Of a stretch of 64,000 bases of DNA, positions 26,343 through 39,577 are shown one piece after another. The position numbers and the translations under genes were made by a program. Positions within the stretch are counted from its first letter, which is position 1. Each line of letters opens with the position of its first letter. Source of the DNA: Eledone cirrhosa (taxonomy: Eukaryota); the NCBI GenBank assembly GCA_964016885.1, contig OZ024741.1, positions 330,646,001-330,710,000 of the forward strand, read 5' to 3'. The notes under the pieces were generated by a model. It saw only the letters and a program-made list of their open reading frames with translations. It did no database searches and was not told the origin of the DNA.

Positions 26343-28504
26343 TCCATTCCAAGATCAGTATTGTATGTATTTTGTTGAAAATTACTGTAGAAATAATATC
26401 CAAATCTGAAAATATATTCAGCAGTAATTATTGTGTTGTATATGTAGATCAGGAAGGAGCCAGCTATTGTAGGACAGCTGCAGCTAGTTTTAAAGTAGAT
26501 TTCTAATTATAATTGTGAATCATGAATAGGGGATCAACCAAGATAGGGAAGGTTTTGATTTTTGAGCTTGGAGTATTTATAAGAAAATAGTTTTCTTAGA
26601 GACTTGCTTACACAGAAGAATCAGAAATTCATAATTTAAGTAATAAAAATGTTTTTAACTGTAATGATTTAGCAGAAAATATCTAAAAATGGGTTTATAG
26701 TATCTTTACTTGTAGAGTGATCGTTTTGAAAAATTTGCAGGATTATCTCTTAACATCCTGTAATGATTTAGCAAAAAATATTTTAAAATGGGTTTGTTAA
26801 TTCATATGTTTATAGTAACTTTATCAGTGAACAGATCATTGTGAACATTTGAAATATTAAAGATTTTAATGTGATGCAGTCACAGTAATGTTTTTGTAAT
26901 TTTCAAGAATGTCTTGCTAATGTGATTTTATGTGATACAGAACGTTAAGAATTAATCTGAAAATATATCAAGGTGAAACTAAAATATAAGACACTTTGTC
27001 TACCATTTCCGCCCCATTGCCACTTTCTTGTTCCTTAATATTTCCAGACACAAAGGGAAAACTGTTTTTGAAAGAGAAATATACTGGAAACTTTACACCT
27101 GATGATCAATAACATATCAGTCTTTTAACTGTCTATCCATGAGTACTGAACTAATGAAGTTGTAGAGGCATTTTAAACCTCATGGAGGAGCCCATCCATT
27201 CCTCTCTCTCAAATCTGCGAATTTCTTCCAGTGAATCAGAGAGAGAAAGGGAGACATCAGAAGAATCAACTCTACTTTATTGACGTCGAAAGGATGAAAA
27301 GCAAAGTTGACCATGGTAGGGTTTGAGTGTAGAGAGCAGGAACAAATACCACAAAACATTGTATAAGACATTCTAGGGACTGTCAATTCAACGTCTTTTT
27401 TTCAAAGACGTCTTCGAATAAAAGATGGCAGTGGAACAAATTTATAATATATTATTTTGGGAAAAGGGGTGCACATTGTAGAGCTATCCTAGAGCTCTTA
27501 TTACCCAGGCGTACATTATTGGGTTAGCCAAGTGCACAGCACTTGTACTGGCCCTGACTGGTTGATTGGTAACAATGAAGACGGATAAACATTTAACAAT
27601 ACTTTACTTTGCCAACAAATTCATAACTCATCAGTGGTAGAAACTTGATGAAATAGATTTCTATGAAGGTTGCAAAAGAATTCTATAAGGGAGTTGGAAA
27701 AGTCAGCATAAATATAACAATATCATACTGAAATACTAGCATTAAGAGGCTATGATATATATATATACTATGTTAAGGTATCAATACATATTTGATATGT
27801 ATGATCATGCTTCTCAAAAAAGGCTCAATGCTCTATGGACCTTAGTTCAGAGCATCAATTATTTAAATTTAAAAGATATATGTAGAGAGAAAGAAGCATA
27901 TATCGTTTGAGAAACACACAGTATTTTGTACACATATATATAGAGCAAATAATAAGCAGGAAAATATACATACTTTAAGATGGTAAATATATATAAATAG
28001 AGAGAGAGAGAGAGAGTGAAAACTCCAATACTAGACTGGTACTTTATCGCCCTTGAGAGGATGAAAAATAAAGTTGACTTCAGTGAGATTTGTGTAAAAC
28101 AAGTTAGAATGAATACTGCAAAGTATTTTATCTGACATTTTAATGACTCTGCTAATTCATCACCTAAATGAGGGACTAACAGACAGACAAATAGACAATT
28201 GGGAAATTTAATGCTTCCTTTTAACTCCCTAGAAAGAAAGAAAAAACTGGGACTGGGACACAAAACAATATGTCTAACATTTATAAGGAAATTATTTCTG
28301 AGCAAGGAAAATAAAGGAGAATTGAAGACAATGAACTTTGGGAGATCAATAAAAAACGATGTGGAAGATAGTGTTCACTATGTTAATTTCTTAAATATAG
28401 TAGGGGTGGGATGGGAGATGATGGTAATAGATCAATAACTTTTTTTTTGTGTTACATTATTTTGTATCATTAATAATCTTACCTAGCTGCCCTCCATCCT
28501 ACCT

Positions 28505-29800
28505 CATACTATCACTAACCCACTCTAGAAAACTGTATACCCACCCCTATTATACTACCACTAACCCACTCTATATCACTGTACACCCAGCCCTATCATA
28601 CAATCACTAACCCACTCTATATCACTGTACACCCAGCCCTATCATACAATCACAAACCCATTCTATAGCACTGTACACCCAGCCCTATCATACAATCACT
28701 AACCCATTCTATAGCACTGTACACCCAGCCCTATCATACAATCACTAACCCATTCTATAGCACTGTACACCCAGCCCTATCATACAATCACTAACCCATT
28801 CTATAGCACTGTACACCCAGCCCTATCATACAATCACTAACCCATTCTATAGCACTGTACACCCAGCCCTATCATACAATCACTAACCCATTCTATAGCA
28901 CTGTACACCCAGCCCTATCATACAATCACAAACCCATTCTATAGCACTGTACACCCAGCCCTATCATACAATCACAAACCCATTCTATAGCACTGTACAC
29001 CCAGCCCTATCATACAATCACTAACCCACTCTATATCACTGTACACCCAGCCCTATCATACAATCACAAACCCATTCTATAGCACTGTACACCCAGCCCT
29101 ATCATACAATCACTAACCCATTCTATATCACTGTACACCCAGCCCTATCATACAATCACTAACCCATTCTATATCACTGTACACCCAGCCCTATCATACA
29201 ATCACAAACCCATTCTATAGCACTGTACACCCAGCCCTATCATACAATCACTAACCCATTCTATATCACTGTACACCCAGCCCTATCATACAATCACTAA
29301 CCCATTCTATATCACTGTACACCCAGCCCTATCATACAATCACTAACCCACTCTATAGCACTGTACACCCAGCCCTATCATACAATCACTAACCCACTCT
29401 ATATCACTGTACACCCACCCCTATCATACAATCACTAACCCATTCTATAGCACTGTACACCCAGCCCTATCATACAATCACTAACCCACTCTATATCACT
29501 GTACACCCAGCCCTATCATACAATCACTAACCCACTCTATATCACTGTACACCCAGCCCTATCATACAATCACTAAGCCATTCTATAGCACTGTACACCC
29601 AGCCCTATCATACAATCACAAACCCATTCTATATCACTGTACACCCAGCCCTATCATACAATCACTAACCCATTCTATAGCACTGTACACCCAGCCCTAT
29701 CATACAATCACTAACCCATTCTATAACACTGTACACCCAGCACTATCATACAATCACTAACCTATTCTATAACACTTTACACCTACTCCTATCAAATCAC
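28505..29800. repeat. 46-bp minisatellite, ~28 copies, just downstream of the LMAN2 stop codon
   Basis: Unit cactgtacacccagccctatcatacaatcactaacccattctatag, period 46 (28623 to 28669). Confidence 0.95.
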
Positions 29801-29867
29801 TCAATTATGCCCAATTTTCCATATTATATTGCATTTTTTGTTTTTAACTTTATCTATTTTATATTTC

Positions 29868-30013
29868 TTAGTAAAATCTTTTGCGTTTTCCTTCCTGCCG
29901 TTTCTGGTAGGCATAGACTAGTACAACAACACCAATTCCAAACCCAATGACAAGTACAATGACTGTGATTACTTTCCATGCACTCCAAGATGAAGGGTTG
30001 TCAGCTACGTGTT
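29868..30013 (-). CDS. LMAN2: VIP36/LMAN2-family lectin, last coding exon (TM helix and cytoplasmic tail)
   Basis: Acceptor ttttctatttcag|, phase 1. Translates (E)HVADNPSSWSAWKVITVIVLVIGFGIGVVVLVYAYQKRQEGKRKRFY*. KRFY is the characteristic VIP36/VIPL C-terminus. Absent from the ORF track. Confidence 0.93.
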
Positions 30014-30065
30014 CTGAAATAGAAAAAATAAATAAAAGAAAAGAAAAGAAAAGAAAAAGAAACTA

Positions 30066-30260
30066 CAAGGGTAGGCTGAAAAATTCATAAGGCTACTATG
30101 AAAGAGTGATGCTAGAGCTGTGAAATATTGCATGCATTAATTTCAACTCTTCTTAATAACTGCATTGTTTCTTTCCAGGGACTGTGTTAAAAAATAAACC
30201 TCATTTGATCATTCCATTAGAGTATCTTGGTTAGCCTATGAACTTTTCAGCCAACCCTTG
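30066..30260. mobile_element. Tc1/mariner-type MITE with TA target-site duplication
   Basis: ta|caagggtaggctgaaaaattcata ... tatgaacttttcagccaacccttg|ta: ~24-bp imperfect TIRs flanked by TA. Confidence 0.8.
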
Positions 30261-30659
30261 TATTTTTATCAGCACCTCACAAACCTTATTACTTTATAGG
30301 GCTAATAAAGAAGCCTCTACAATGTTGGTTCCTAATTTAGGGTATGAAAATAAAAACAAATGCCTTTGTCATTTTAGCTGGCCTTCTATGAGGTTACATC
30401 TCATAGTAGGTTTCTTGGGTGTTTTAATGATAGAGGCTCCACTCTCCCCATTTTATAAAAAGCACCATGAAATGAAGCATCTTGATCAAGAATACAACGG
30501 ACCACTGGGTCTAGGAATTGAACATATAAGCTTATGATTGTTAGCCCAACACCCTAACCATGTGCTTTCATAACAAGAAATGTAACTCAAATTGTGTTGC
30601 AATATAATTCTGAAAGTTATTCACATGAGTCATCTGTAATTTTCAATGGTGATACAATT

Positions 30660-31770
30660 TGTCACAAGACAACTTCTCTAGTGGTGGTGGTATAGTCTGT
30701 CAGACAACCTCTCTAGTAGTTGTGGTATAGTCTGTCAGACAACCTCACTAGTGGTTGTGGCATAGTCTGTCACAGACAACCTCTCTAATGATGGAAGTGG
30801 CAAAGTCTGTCACAGACAACCTCTCTAATGATGGAAGTGGCAAAGTCTGTCACAGACAACCTCTCTAGTGATGGAAGTGGTATAGTCTGTCAGACAACCT
30901 CTCTAGTGATGGAAGTGGTATAGTCTGTCAGACAACTTCTCTAGTGATGGAAGTGGCAAAGTCCATCACAGACAACCTCTCTAGTGATGGAAGTGGCAAA
31001 GTCCATCACAGACAACCTCTCTAGTGATGGAAGTGGTATAGTCTGTCAGACAACTTCTCTAGTGATGGAAATGGTATAGTCTGTCAGACAACCTCTCTAG
31101 TGATGGAAGTGGCAAAGTCTGTCACAGACAACCTCTCTAGTGATGGAAGTGGTATAGTCTGTCAGACAACCTCTCTAATGATGGAAGTGGCAAAGTCTGT
31201 CACAGACAACCTCTCTAATGATGGAAGTGGCAAAGTCTGTCACAGACAACCTCTCTAGTGATGGAAGTGGTATAGTCTGTCAGACAACCTCTCTAGTGAT
31301 GGAAGTGGTATAGTCTGTCAGACAACTTCTCTAGTGATGGAAGTGGCAAAGTCCATCACAGACAACCTCTCTAGTGATGGAAGTGGCAAAGTCCATCACA
31401 GACAACCTCTCTAGTGATGGAAGTGGTATAGTCTGTCAGACAACCTCTCTAGTGATGGAAGTGGTATAGTCTGTCAGAGACAACCTCTCTAGTGATGGAA
31501 GTGGTATAGTCTGTCAGACAACCTCTCTAGTCATGGAAGTGGTATAGTCTGTCAGACAACCTCTCTAGTCATGGAAGTGGTATAGTCTGTCAGACAACCT
31601 CTCTAGTGATGGAAGTGGCATAGTCTGTCAGACAACCTCTCAAATGGTGGAAGTGGTATAGTCTGTCACAAGATAACCTTACTAGTGGTGGTAGTGGTAT
31701 AGTGTCACAAAACAACCTCTCTAGTGGTGGTGGTTGTAATGGTATGGTCTGCCTCAAGATAACCTCTCTA
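30660..31770. repeat. 38/40-bp minisatellite in the last LMAN2 intron
   Basis: Unit gacaacctctctagtgatggaagtggtatagtctgtca(ca). The variant pattern repeats at ~390 bp (30781/31171). Confidence 0.95.
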
Positions 31771-32000
31771 GGGATGAGGCGACAATAACATGGTACAAAG
31801 GGGTAAGAAATATGTTGCATCCCATGCAAAAACAACAACAAAACCCCTGACCAACACAATAACAAATATTGAATTTTCAGTTAGTGTGAGATGATGATGG
31901 AACATCACGTGGTCAAACACTGTACGATATGTCATCTTAAGTTGGTAGAGAAAATATTTATTCTATTTGTAATAAGCAATATATATATATATATATATAT

Positions 32001-32528
32001 AGTCACGTGTTGCGCATGAAAGACGACAGCTGCATAAAAAAGTGCAGGGCGATCAAAATTGATGGTAGTTACGGAGTAGGTAGACCCAGAAAAACCTGGG
32101 ATGATCTGATAAATTCCGACCTCACACACATCTCTCTAAGACAATGTCTCTGGACCGAGATCTTTGGCGCTACGCAGTAATACAGAAGACCCGCCTTGCC
32201 TATGCACAAAGCGAAACCTACAGTCAGTAGGCACCTCTTAACCAAATATACACCCCAATCCTCTACCCCTACGCTATCCTCCCACTTCCACCAACAGCAC
32301 GAGAAAATGAGATCGAGATCGTGTAGGTGTCACGACAAAAAACACACACAGTCCACGCTGTAATGCGGCCTTGTAGGTAACACAGTAAAAAGTTCCCAGT
32401 TCCACACTGTAAATGTGGTTGGTGTTAGGAAGGGCATCCAGCCGTAGAAAACCTGCCAGATAGTCCTATATGAGCGTCTAACCCATGCTAGCATGGAAAA
32501 TGGACGTTAAACGATGATGATGATGATG
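32001..32528 (+). mobile_element. 5'-truncated RTE LINE 3' end (more diverged copy)
   Basis: Begins in the HVLRMKDDSC region, has the same 3' UTR as 50965-51304 and a (TGA)n tail, and is flanked by (TA)n on both sides. Confidence 0.88.
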
Positions 32529-32680
32529 ATATATATATAAACATCCATGAACTTGGCTGGTCATGCTTGGGGATCCAGTTGGATCAGTTAGAGACAATTG
32601 CTTCTGACAGGACCCGCTGGATGAAGTGTTTGAGATCTCTGCACCTACGACCCACTCAGATATAAGTGGTGGGGAGAATA

Positions 32681-34743
32681 TCATCATCATCAACGTTTAA
32701 CGTCCGTGTTCCACGCTTGCATGGGTTTGGACGGGGGTTTTCCCACTTGAGGCAAGAGTGATTGTCTTGCTCGCATAGGACTATCTGGCAGGTTTTCTAC
32801 AGTTGGATGCCCTTCCTAACACCAACCACATTTACAGTGTGGGTCTGGGAGGTTTTTACCGTGTTGCCTACACGGCCACATTACAGCGTGGACTGTGTGT
32901 TTTTTTGTCGTGACACCTACACGATCTCATTTGTTTCGGCCTGGATGGTGTGGCACCAACATAACTTTACATAGAAGGGGGCGGGGTGTATTTTGTTAGA
33001 GATGCCTACTGACTGTAGTAGGTTTTACTTTGTATTTAGGTAAGGCGGGTCTTCTCTATTACTGAGTACCGCCAAAGGTCTCGGTCCAGTGACATTGTCT
33101 TGGTGAGGTGTAAGTGTGTGAGGTCGGAGTTTATCAGCTCGTCCCAGGTTTTTCTGGGTCTGCCTATTCCGTGGTTACCGTCTATCTTTATTGCCCTGCA
33201 CTTTGTTATACAGCTATCGTCCTTCATGCGCATCACGTGACCATACCAACGTAGCCTTCTCTCGAGTAAACAACATCTGATCCCTCTTATTTCTAATTTT
33301 TTCCTTAGTTCGTTTATGCTTTGTCGTTCACGTATATTACTATTACACATCCAGCGGAGCATGCAAGCTTCGTTTCTCTCTAGTCTGCGTATATCCTCTG
33401 CACACAATGCCCAGGTCTCACTGCCATGCAACATTGCTGTTCGTATGCAGGCATCGTACAACCTGCCTTTCATTTTTAGGGAGAACTCTTTAGCGGCTAA
33501 TAGTGGTATAAGCTCTCTGAACTTTTTCCACCCAGTTCTGACTCTAGCTACTGTACTTTCAGAGCACCCTCCCCCACTGCTGATTTTGTCACCCAGGTAA
33601 CGGAAGCTGTCCACTATTTCTATAGTACCCTCTGCGCAGTTGAAAGAGCTAGTATTTTGTGGGCACTTGCTGCTACTTATTGCCCCAGAACACCGGCCAC
33701 ATGTAAAATCTATGTTCTTAGTTAGCTTACCTGTGATCCCACTACATCTTTTATGCACCCAAACTTTGCATTTGGGACACAAAATGGAATTTCTACCTAC
33801 GCCTTTCCTACACTCTGAGCATGGCCACTTCCCGGAGGGGACCGCCGCCTTATTTTCTTTCTTACAAACTAGAACTTTAGTCTTAGCCAGGTTAATTTTA
33901 AGGCCTTTTGATTCTAGGCCGTGCTTCCATGTTTGGAATTTCTTCTCTAGCTCGGCCATTGATTCAGCTATGAGCGTTAGATCATCTGCGTATAGGAGTT
34001 CCCATGGGCAGCCGGTCTTGAACTCCACTGTTATAGCCTGGAGGGCAATAATAAATAGTAGGGGGCTAAGAACAGAGCCCTGATGAACACCAACTTTTAC
34101 ACTAAACTCTTCACTATATTCGTTGTTAATTCTAACCTTGCTGACTGTTTCTTTATACATGGCTTGTATAGCTCTCACAAGCCATTCATCAACACCTAGT
34201 TTTCTAAGAGCCCACCAGATAATGGAACGGGGGACTCTGTCGAAGGCCTTCTCCAAGTCGACGAAAGCTAAGTATAGGGGTTTACTTTTAGCTAGGTACT
34301 TCTCCTGTAGTTGTCGTACAATGAAAAGAGCGTCTGTGGTACTTTTGCCTGACACAAACCCGAACTGCATTTCATCTAGATCAATTCTCTCTCTGATTAG
34401 TTGCGCTATTACTTTTCCGTGACCATGACCTGGTCGATTAATTTAATGCCTCTATAGTTACTCCTATCTAGGGCATCTCCTTTACCCTTGTAACAGTTAA
34501 TGATGATGCTGCTACGCCAGTCCTTCGGAACAACCCCATTCTGTATGACTTGGTTTACAATCCGGGTGACCATGGTGTGTCCCACCGTACCAGATGCCTT
34601 CAGCATCTCAGCAACTATTTCCGAAGGCCCAGCCGCCTTACCCGTCTTCATATCCTTGATTGCCTTACTTATTATACTACCCTCGACTAACACTGCTGGT
34701 CCCTCTATTGGGTCGATGTGGGGGAGACTGTCTTTCTCCCATT
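32681..34743 (-). mobile_element. 5'-truncated RTE LINE (RT with PHD finger, 3' UTR)
   Basis: ORF 33036-34370 has QFGF, FVDLEKAFD, GVHQGSVLSP, LLYADD and FRYLG motifs. Frame break near 34409; (TGA)n tail at ~32681-32692; near-identical to 49250-51304. Confidence 0.96.
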
Positions 34744-34758
34744 TATATATATATATAT

Positions 34759-35288
34759 GATAGACGGTAGCCACGGAATAGGCAGACCTAGAAAATCCTG
34801 GGACGAGCTGATAAACTCCGACCTCACACACACCTCTCCAAGACAATGTCACTGGACCGAGACCTTTGGCGGTACTCAGTAATAGAGAAGACCCGCCTTA
34901 CCTAAATACATAGTAAAACCTACTACAGCCAGTAGGCATCTCTAACAACCCCGTCCCACCACCCCCATCCACACCACCCCCTCCTATGTAAAGTTATGTT
35001 GGTGCCACAACATCCAGGCCGAAACAAATGAGATCGTGTAGGTGTCACGACAAAAAAACACAGTCCACGCTGTAATGTGGCCGTGTAGGCAACACGGTAA
35101 AAACCTCCCAGTCCAACACTGTAAATGTGGTTGGTGTTAGGAAGGGCATCCAACTGTAGAAAACCTGCCAGACAGTCCTATGCAAGCAAGACAATCACTC
35201 TTGCCTCAAGTGGGAATACCCCCGTCCAAACCCATGCAAGCGTGGAACACGGACGTTAAACGTTGATGATGATGATGATGATGATGAT
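34759..35288 (+). mobile_element. 5'-truncated RTE LINE 3' end, head-to-head with the previous copy
   Basis: Matches 50803-51304 and ends in (TGA)n. Separated from the minus-strand copy only by a short (TA)n tract. Confidence 0.93.
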
Positions 35289-35368
35289 GTGTGTCTTATG
35301 GTAGCTAAGATGCTTCCATAGGCGGTATGCCGGTTGAGCACTCTATGCTCTTACAGAGCAGAGTATGA

Positions 35369-35469
35369 TAGAATAGAAAACGAAAAATCAGTGATGCATC
35401 TGAACTCAATTTATTGTGTGTTACACGCAATAAATTGAGTTCAGATGCATCACTGATTTTTTATTTTCT

Positions 35470-35475
<6 letters not shown>
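35369..35475. repeat. ~105-bp near-perfect hairpin
   Basis: aaaaatcagtgatgcatctgaactcaatttattg and its reverse complement around a short loop, extended by tagaatagaaaa/ttttctattcta. Confidence 0.85.
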
Positions 35476-35502
<27 letters not shown>

Positions 35503-36429
35503 TTCGTTTTTAATTTGTTTTGTAAAATTTCTTATCTGAAAATGTGTGTTGGAACAGATATTGGTTTTCACTTCAATTTATTATAAATTGAAGTGAAAAC
35601 CAACAGGAGCGTGTGTTTTTATTGGCAGCATGACCCTTCCAAAGATAACAATATATATTATATATGTGGATCCTGAGTGAGATCGGGTGTAACCACAGTT
35701 AAAACAGTACTCAATACATCAGTAGATTGTAAACATCATTATTTAATATAGAAATGATCAGGAATGTCTGATGATTTTATATGAATGAAACAAATGAGTC
35801 ATATAGAAGCCATTTCTATATTAAATAATTGTTTCTACTTTTGGCACAAGGCCAGCAATTACCCAGTACATTAGTGGTAAATGATACACACACATACACT
35901 GGTATCTATCTGTTTATGGTAGGGCCAATAACGTTGTTAGAACTTCATGTAGTCCTGCAGTAACAATTTCAATGAGATGAAGCATTGAGAGTTATTGGTT
36001 TTGTAGTAGGCTTTCATCATATCAGATTCCGTTGTGCATTCTATATATTCTAATATATAATAATTAGAGAGTTGCGAGACTGTGTCAGGGATATTTTTTC
36101 TGAACACGTTATTAAAATAAGTTGGATTACTTTGAATAAATGATGAATGAATATTATGTAATTTATCTACTAAATTTCGTAGCTCTTGATTAAACATAAA
36201 TGTTCTTATTATAATGTATTGCTTATTTTATGATTCCCTTCTTTTAAAATTTCAACACTTCTGGTTAGCGTCCATCTCATAACACTCCACCATACGCTAT
36301 ATCACATCGCTTATATAAACGTTCATATATTTGCATCATTATATAACATTTATATTTCCATTGATAATTTTCTCCTTTTTCATAACATTACTTTGTAATG
36401 CAGTTTATATATAATATCGTCTTTCTTAA

Positions 36430-36629
36430 CCCTTTAGCATTTACATTACTCTATATTTACTATTGTATTTTCATGGTATATCTCACATAATATCGAATCT
36501 ACGAGACTTTGATATTATTTATTTTGAGAAAAATACCCTAACATCAGTATGAGCAGCCGGTTATGGCCGGTTTAAACAATAAGTGGTGAGAGAATTCTGG
36601 CGGATTTGGCCGGTTTAAATGCTAAAGGG
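36430..36629. mobile_element. piggyBac-type MITE with TTAA target-site duplication
   Basis: ttaa|ccctttagcattta ... taaatgctaaaggg|ttaa: CCC..GGG termini, 14-bp TIRs and TTAA on both sides. Confidence 0.85.
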
Positions 36630-37039
36630 TTAAATGTATCATGGATTACTTTACTGATTACAGAAGTGAGAGTAACACAGTCTCTCTAGAATTTCTGTGC
36701 ATATTGTCGATTACGATTTTATTTGACATATATCTACATGCAAATATATTTGTGAATAATATCAATATGCACACTACACATGCTAGCAGAAAACCACCCA
36801 GAGTGTTTTTTCTGCTATATAAAATGAATATAAAGAAACAGACCCACCTCCATGGTAAAGCAATGAGATAAAGTGGAGTTGGTTATGATATTGGCAAGGT
36901 TTCTACAGCTGGATGTTCTTATCACCAACTCTATATAGTGTACAGGGTGTATTTTATCATACCACTAGCACTAGGGAGGTTGTTTGTCATAAGACTTAAG
37001 TGCCTCGACTACACTGTATCAGTTTTTAATTGGCACACT

Positions 37040-37625
37040 GTTCTCCTAGATGGGTTGCCTTTTATTAGTTTACTGAGTCCACATCTCTTCCATGCATGTA
37101 TTCATTGTGAAGAAACTCTTGTTGGAGAAACTCCTCCCTGGATGACCTCCATCACTTTCTGTTTGGTTTTAGTCCTGTATTCAGGGGTGTAGCCATACTC
37201 ACCACACTTGGCCAATAGTTGAGGCAGATGGTCAGTGGCTCAAAGGAGTACATTCACTCGTTTTAATAGCTTTTGTTTTTTGTGCTGTTGGGGTTCCACT
37301 TACCTTCCTCATCAGTCCAAGGTCTTGTGAGGAAGCCGGTTTAAGTCACCAACCACTCGACCATGAAGCAGGGTATACTAGGTTACTAGGTACCAGTAGC
37401 AGGCAGAAGTCTGACCTGACCATACCAGGGTCTGGTGGTGGAGCTGGTTTAGTTACAGACAACGAAGCAGGTTGTACTGGGTTACATGGTACTGGTAGCA
37501 CGCAGAAGCTTGACTTCACATGACTAAAGTCTGGTGGGGGAGCCAGTTTAGTTGCCAACAACTCAACCACGATGCAGGTTGTACTGGGCGACATGGAGCA
37601 AGCAGAAGCCTGACCTCACCAGCTC
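37040..37625 (-). mobile_element. RTE-like 5'-UTR remnant with three tandem ~100-bp terminal modules
   Basis: Shares ctcctaga and gccagtttagt..caggttgtactggg with 59830-60080. The module recurs at ~37368, 37467 and 37574. Confidence 0.55.
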
Positions 37626-37869
37626 TGAGTGACTAGGATTGCTTTCACTACAGCTTACATTAAAGAATTTATGTCTACACTGATACAATAAAATAGTTTA
37701 TTTTATTTAAAATTTTTATTTTTATATTCACTTATCTTTATTGTATTTTTTATTTTTCAACTGTAAGGAATACTAAATACCCTTAGTCTGCCATGACTTA
37801 CTAGCTCTATACGGACGTTTAAATTGATTGAATAAATAAATATTAGAAAGACCAAAAACAGTAACTTAC

Positions 37870-37927
37870 CTCTAGGATGAGCATAGTGGTCTGCAGAAGG
37901 GACGATATGTTTAAAATCTGTTTCATC
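37870..37927 (-). CDS. LMAN2: VIP36/LMAN2-family exon (stalk region)
   Basis: tgccag| DETDFKHIVPSADHYAHPR(E) |gtaagt; 58 nt, phase 0 to 1, compatible with both neighbouring exons. Confidence 0.85.
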
Positions 37928-38036
37928 CTGGCAAAGAAAATGTGACAAATTTACATTAAGATGTCACTGATGAAGAAAACTTAATTTTCAAAAAATAAAA
38001 AGCCAAAATTCTTTCAAATGTAAAGTAATTATTTAC

Positions 38037-38089
38037 CGTTTCAGGAGACTCCAATTCATAAAATTTGACTGATAATACATCATGGTTAT
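38037..38089 (-). CDS. LMAN2: VIP36/LMAN2-family exon (end of lectin domain)
   Basis: ttttttag| (D)NHDVLSVKFYELESPET |gtaaat; 53 nt, phase 1 to 0. DNHD motif of L-type lectins. Confidence 0.9.
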
Positions 38090-38134
38090 CTAAAAAATAG
38101 ATCATGGTTATATCATTAATATATATATATATAT

Positions 38135-38455
38135 ATAGGGTAAAGAATCCCTTCGGTCACGAATGACCATGGAATTTGCACCTAGAGGCACAAGTTTGGG
38201 CAAAGTTGTTTGTGGAAGCCCAGCGGTTACCCATGCATACCAATCTCCCCTCTGAACGCCACACCAATGTTGTCCAAGAGAAAAGCAATGGCCAATACAG
38301 CATGGCACCAGTGACATCATAACTCATTTCTACAGCTGAGTAAAATGAAGTAACATGAAATAAACTGCCTTGCTGAAGGATACAATGCATCACCCAGTCC
38401 AGGAATCGAACCTACAACATCATGATTGTAAGTCCAACACTAACCCATGCACCTT
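38135..38455 (-). mobile_element. tRNA-derived SINE
   Basis: Minus-strand B-box ggttcgattcctgg near 38398-38412. Same head as 39578 (+) and ~43510 (-); flanked by TA runs. Confidence 0.6.
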
Positions 38456-38553
38456 CATATATATAAATACTGTGTGTGAGAGGTTGTCACATAATATGAC
38501 AAGTCAGGTCAAGAGACCATTTCATGCTCATATGGATTTGTATTTTAGCTTGG

Positions 38554-38588
<35 letters not shown>

Positions 38589-38673
38589 GTTATATTTAAT
38601 TTGTTGGGATACAACAAGCAAATATTTTTATAACTGATATAAAGCACTCAACAAATTATTGGAGTAAAAATAC

Positions 38674-39032
38674 AATATATTAACAAATGGAAACTATATT
38701 TATAAAACCATATTTATTTCATTATACATATTTCAAGGACACCAAAGCAAATTATGGTGCGCTTTCATCAGATAAAATATAATATAGATCAGTTTTATAA
38801 ACAAATATTGACATACCCTTAAAGAATGCGACCATGTCGGTTGGAAGCTCCCGGATAGCTTCCAACCGACATGGTCACATTCTTTAAGGTTATGTCAATA
38901 TTTGTTTATAAAACTGATCTATATTATATTTTATCTGATGAAAGCGCACCATAATTTGCTTTGGTGTCCTTGAAATATGTATAATGAAATAAATATGGTT
39001 TTATAAATATAGTTTCCATTTGTTAATATATT
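38674..39032. repeat. Near-perfect 359-bp palindrome (176-bp arms, 7-nt loop)
   Basis: Arms 38674-38849 and 38857-39032 are reverse complements, with two mismatches seen. A second small palindrome follows at 39044-39081. Confidence 0.93.
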
Positions 39033-39577
39033 ATATATATATATCACCAACTGGCTATATATATATATAGCCAGTTGGTGAGTAATAATATATTTGCACT
39101 TTCTATGCTTTTACATGAATTGGATATTCAATGTTAAATGTGTGGAGTAACACAGACATCTGTTTGTTATGTAGAGTGTATATATTAAGAAAGAGAAATC
39201 AAACTGTGATTTTAACATTGTAATCACGTATTTTGCAAAACACGTGATTATGATTATGAATAAAATGTTTAAATATATAAATATATATATAGCATGGGTA
39301 TCTGAAACAGAAACTACAGTCCAGTTTTAATTACAGGGCCTCAGTCTTGTCATATTATTACAGCTCACACCTATATAGGTTTAGCTGACCTCCTACAATG
39401 TTGCATCCCATAGGAGGTTTCCAAGCTGTTTTAATGATAGGGGGCCCCAGATGTATCTGTTGTTACAGCTCACACCTTTAGCCCCCCTGGGCCCAACACC
39501 ACTCCACTGCAGGGGTTAACTCCTAGCTATTGCTGTTGGTATTCATTTTTTTTTTTTTTTTTACATCTGAGTGAAGT

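Noticed and set aside
28505-31770. CRISPR-like appearance of the 46-bp and 38-bp repeats
   Set aside because: Head-to-tail minisatellites without spacers, in a eukaryotic gene context.
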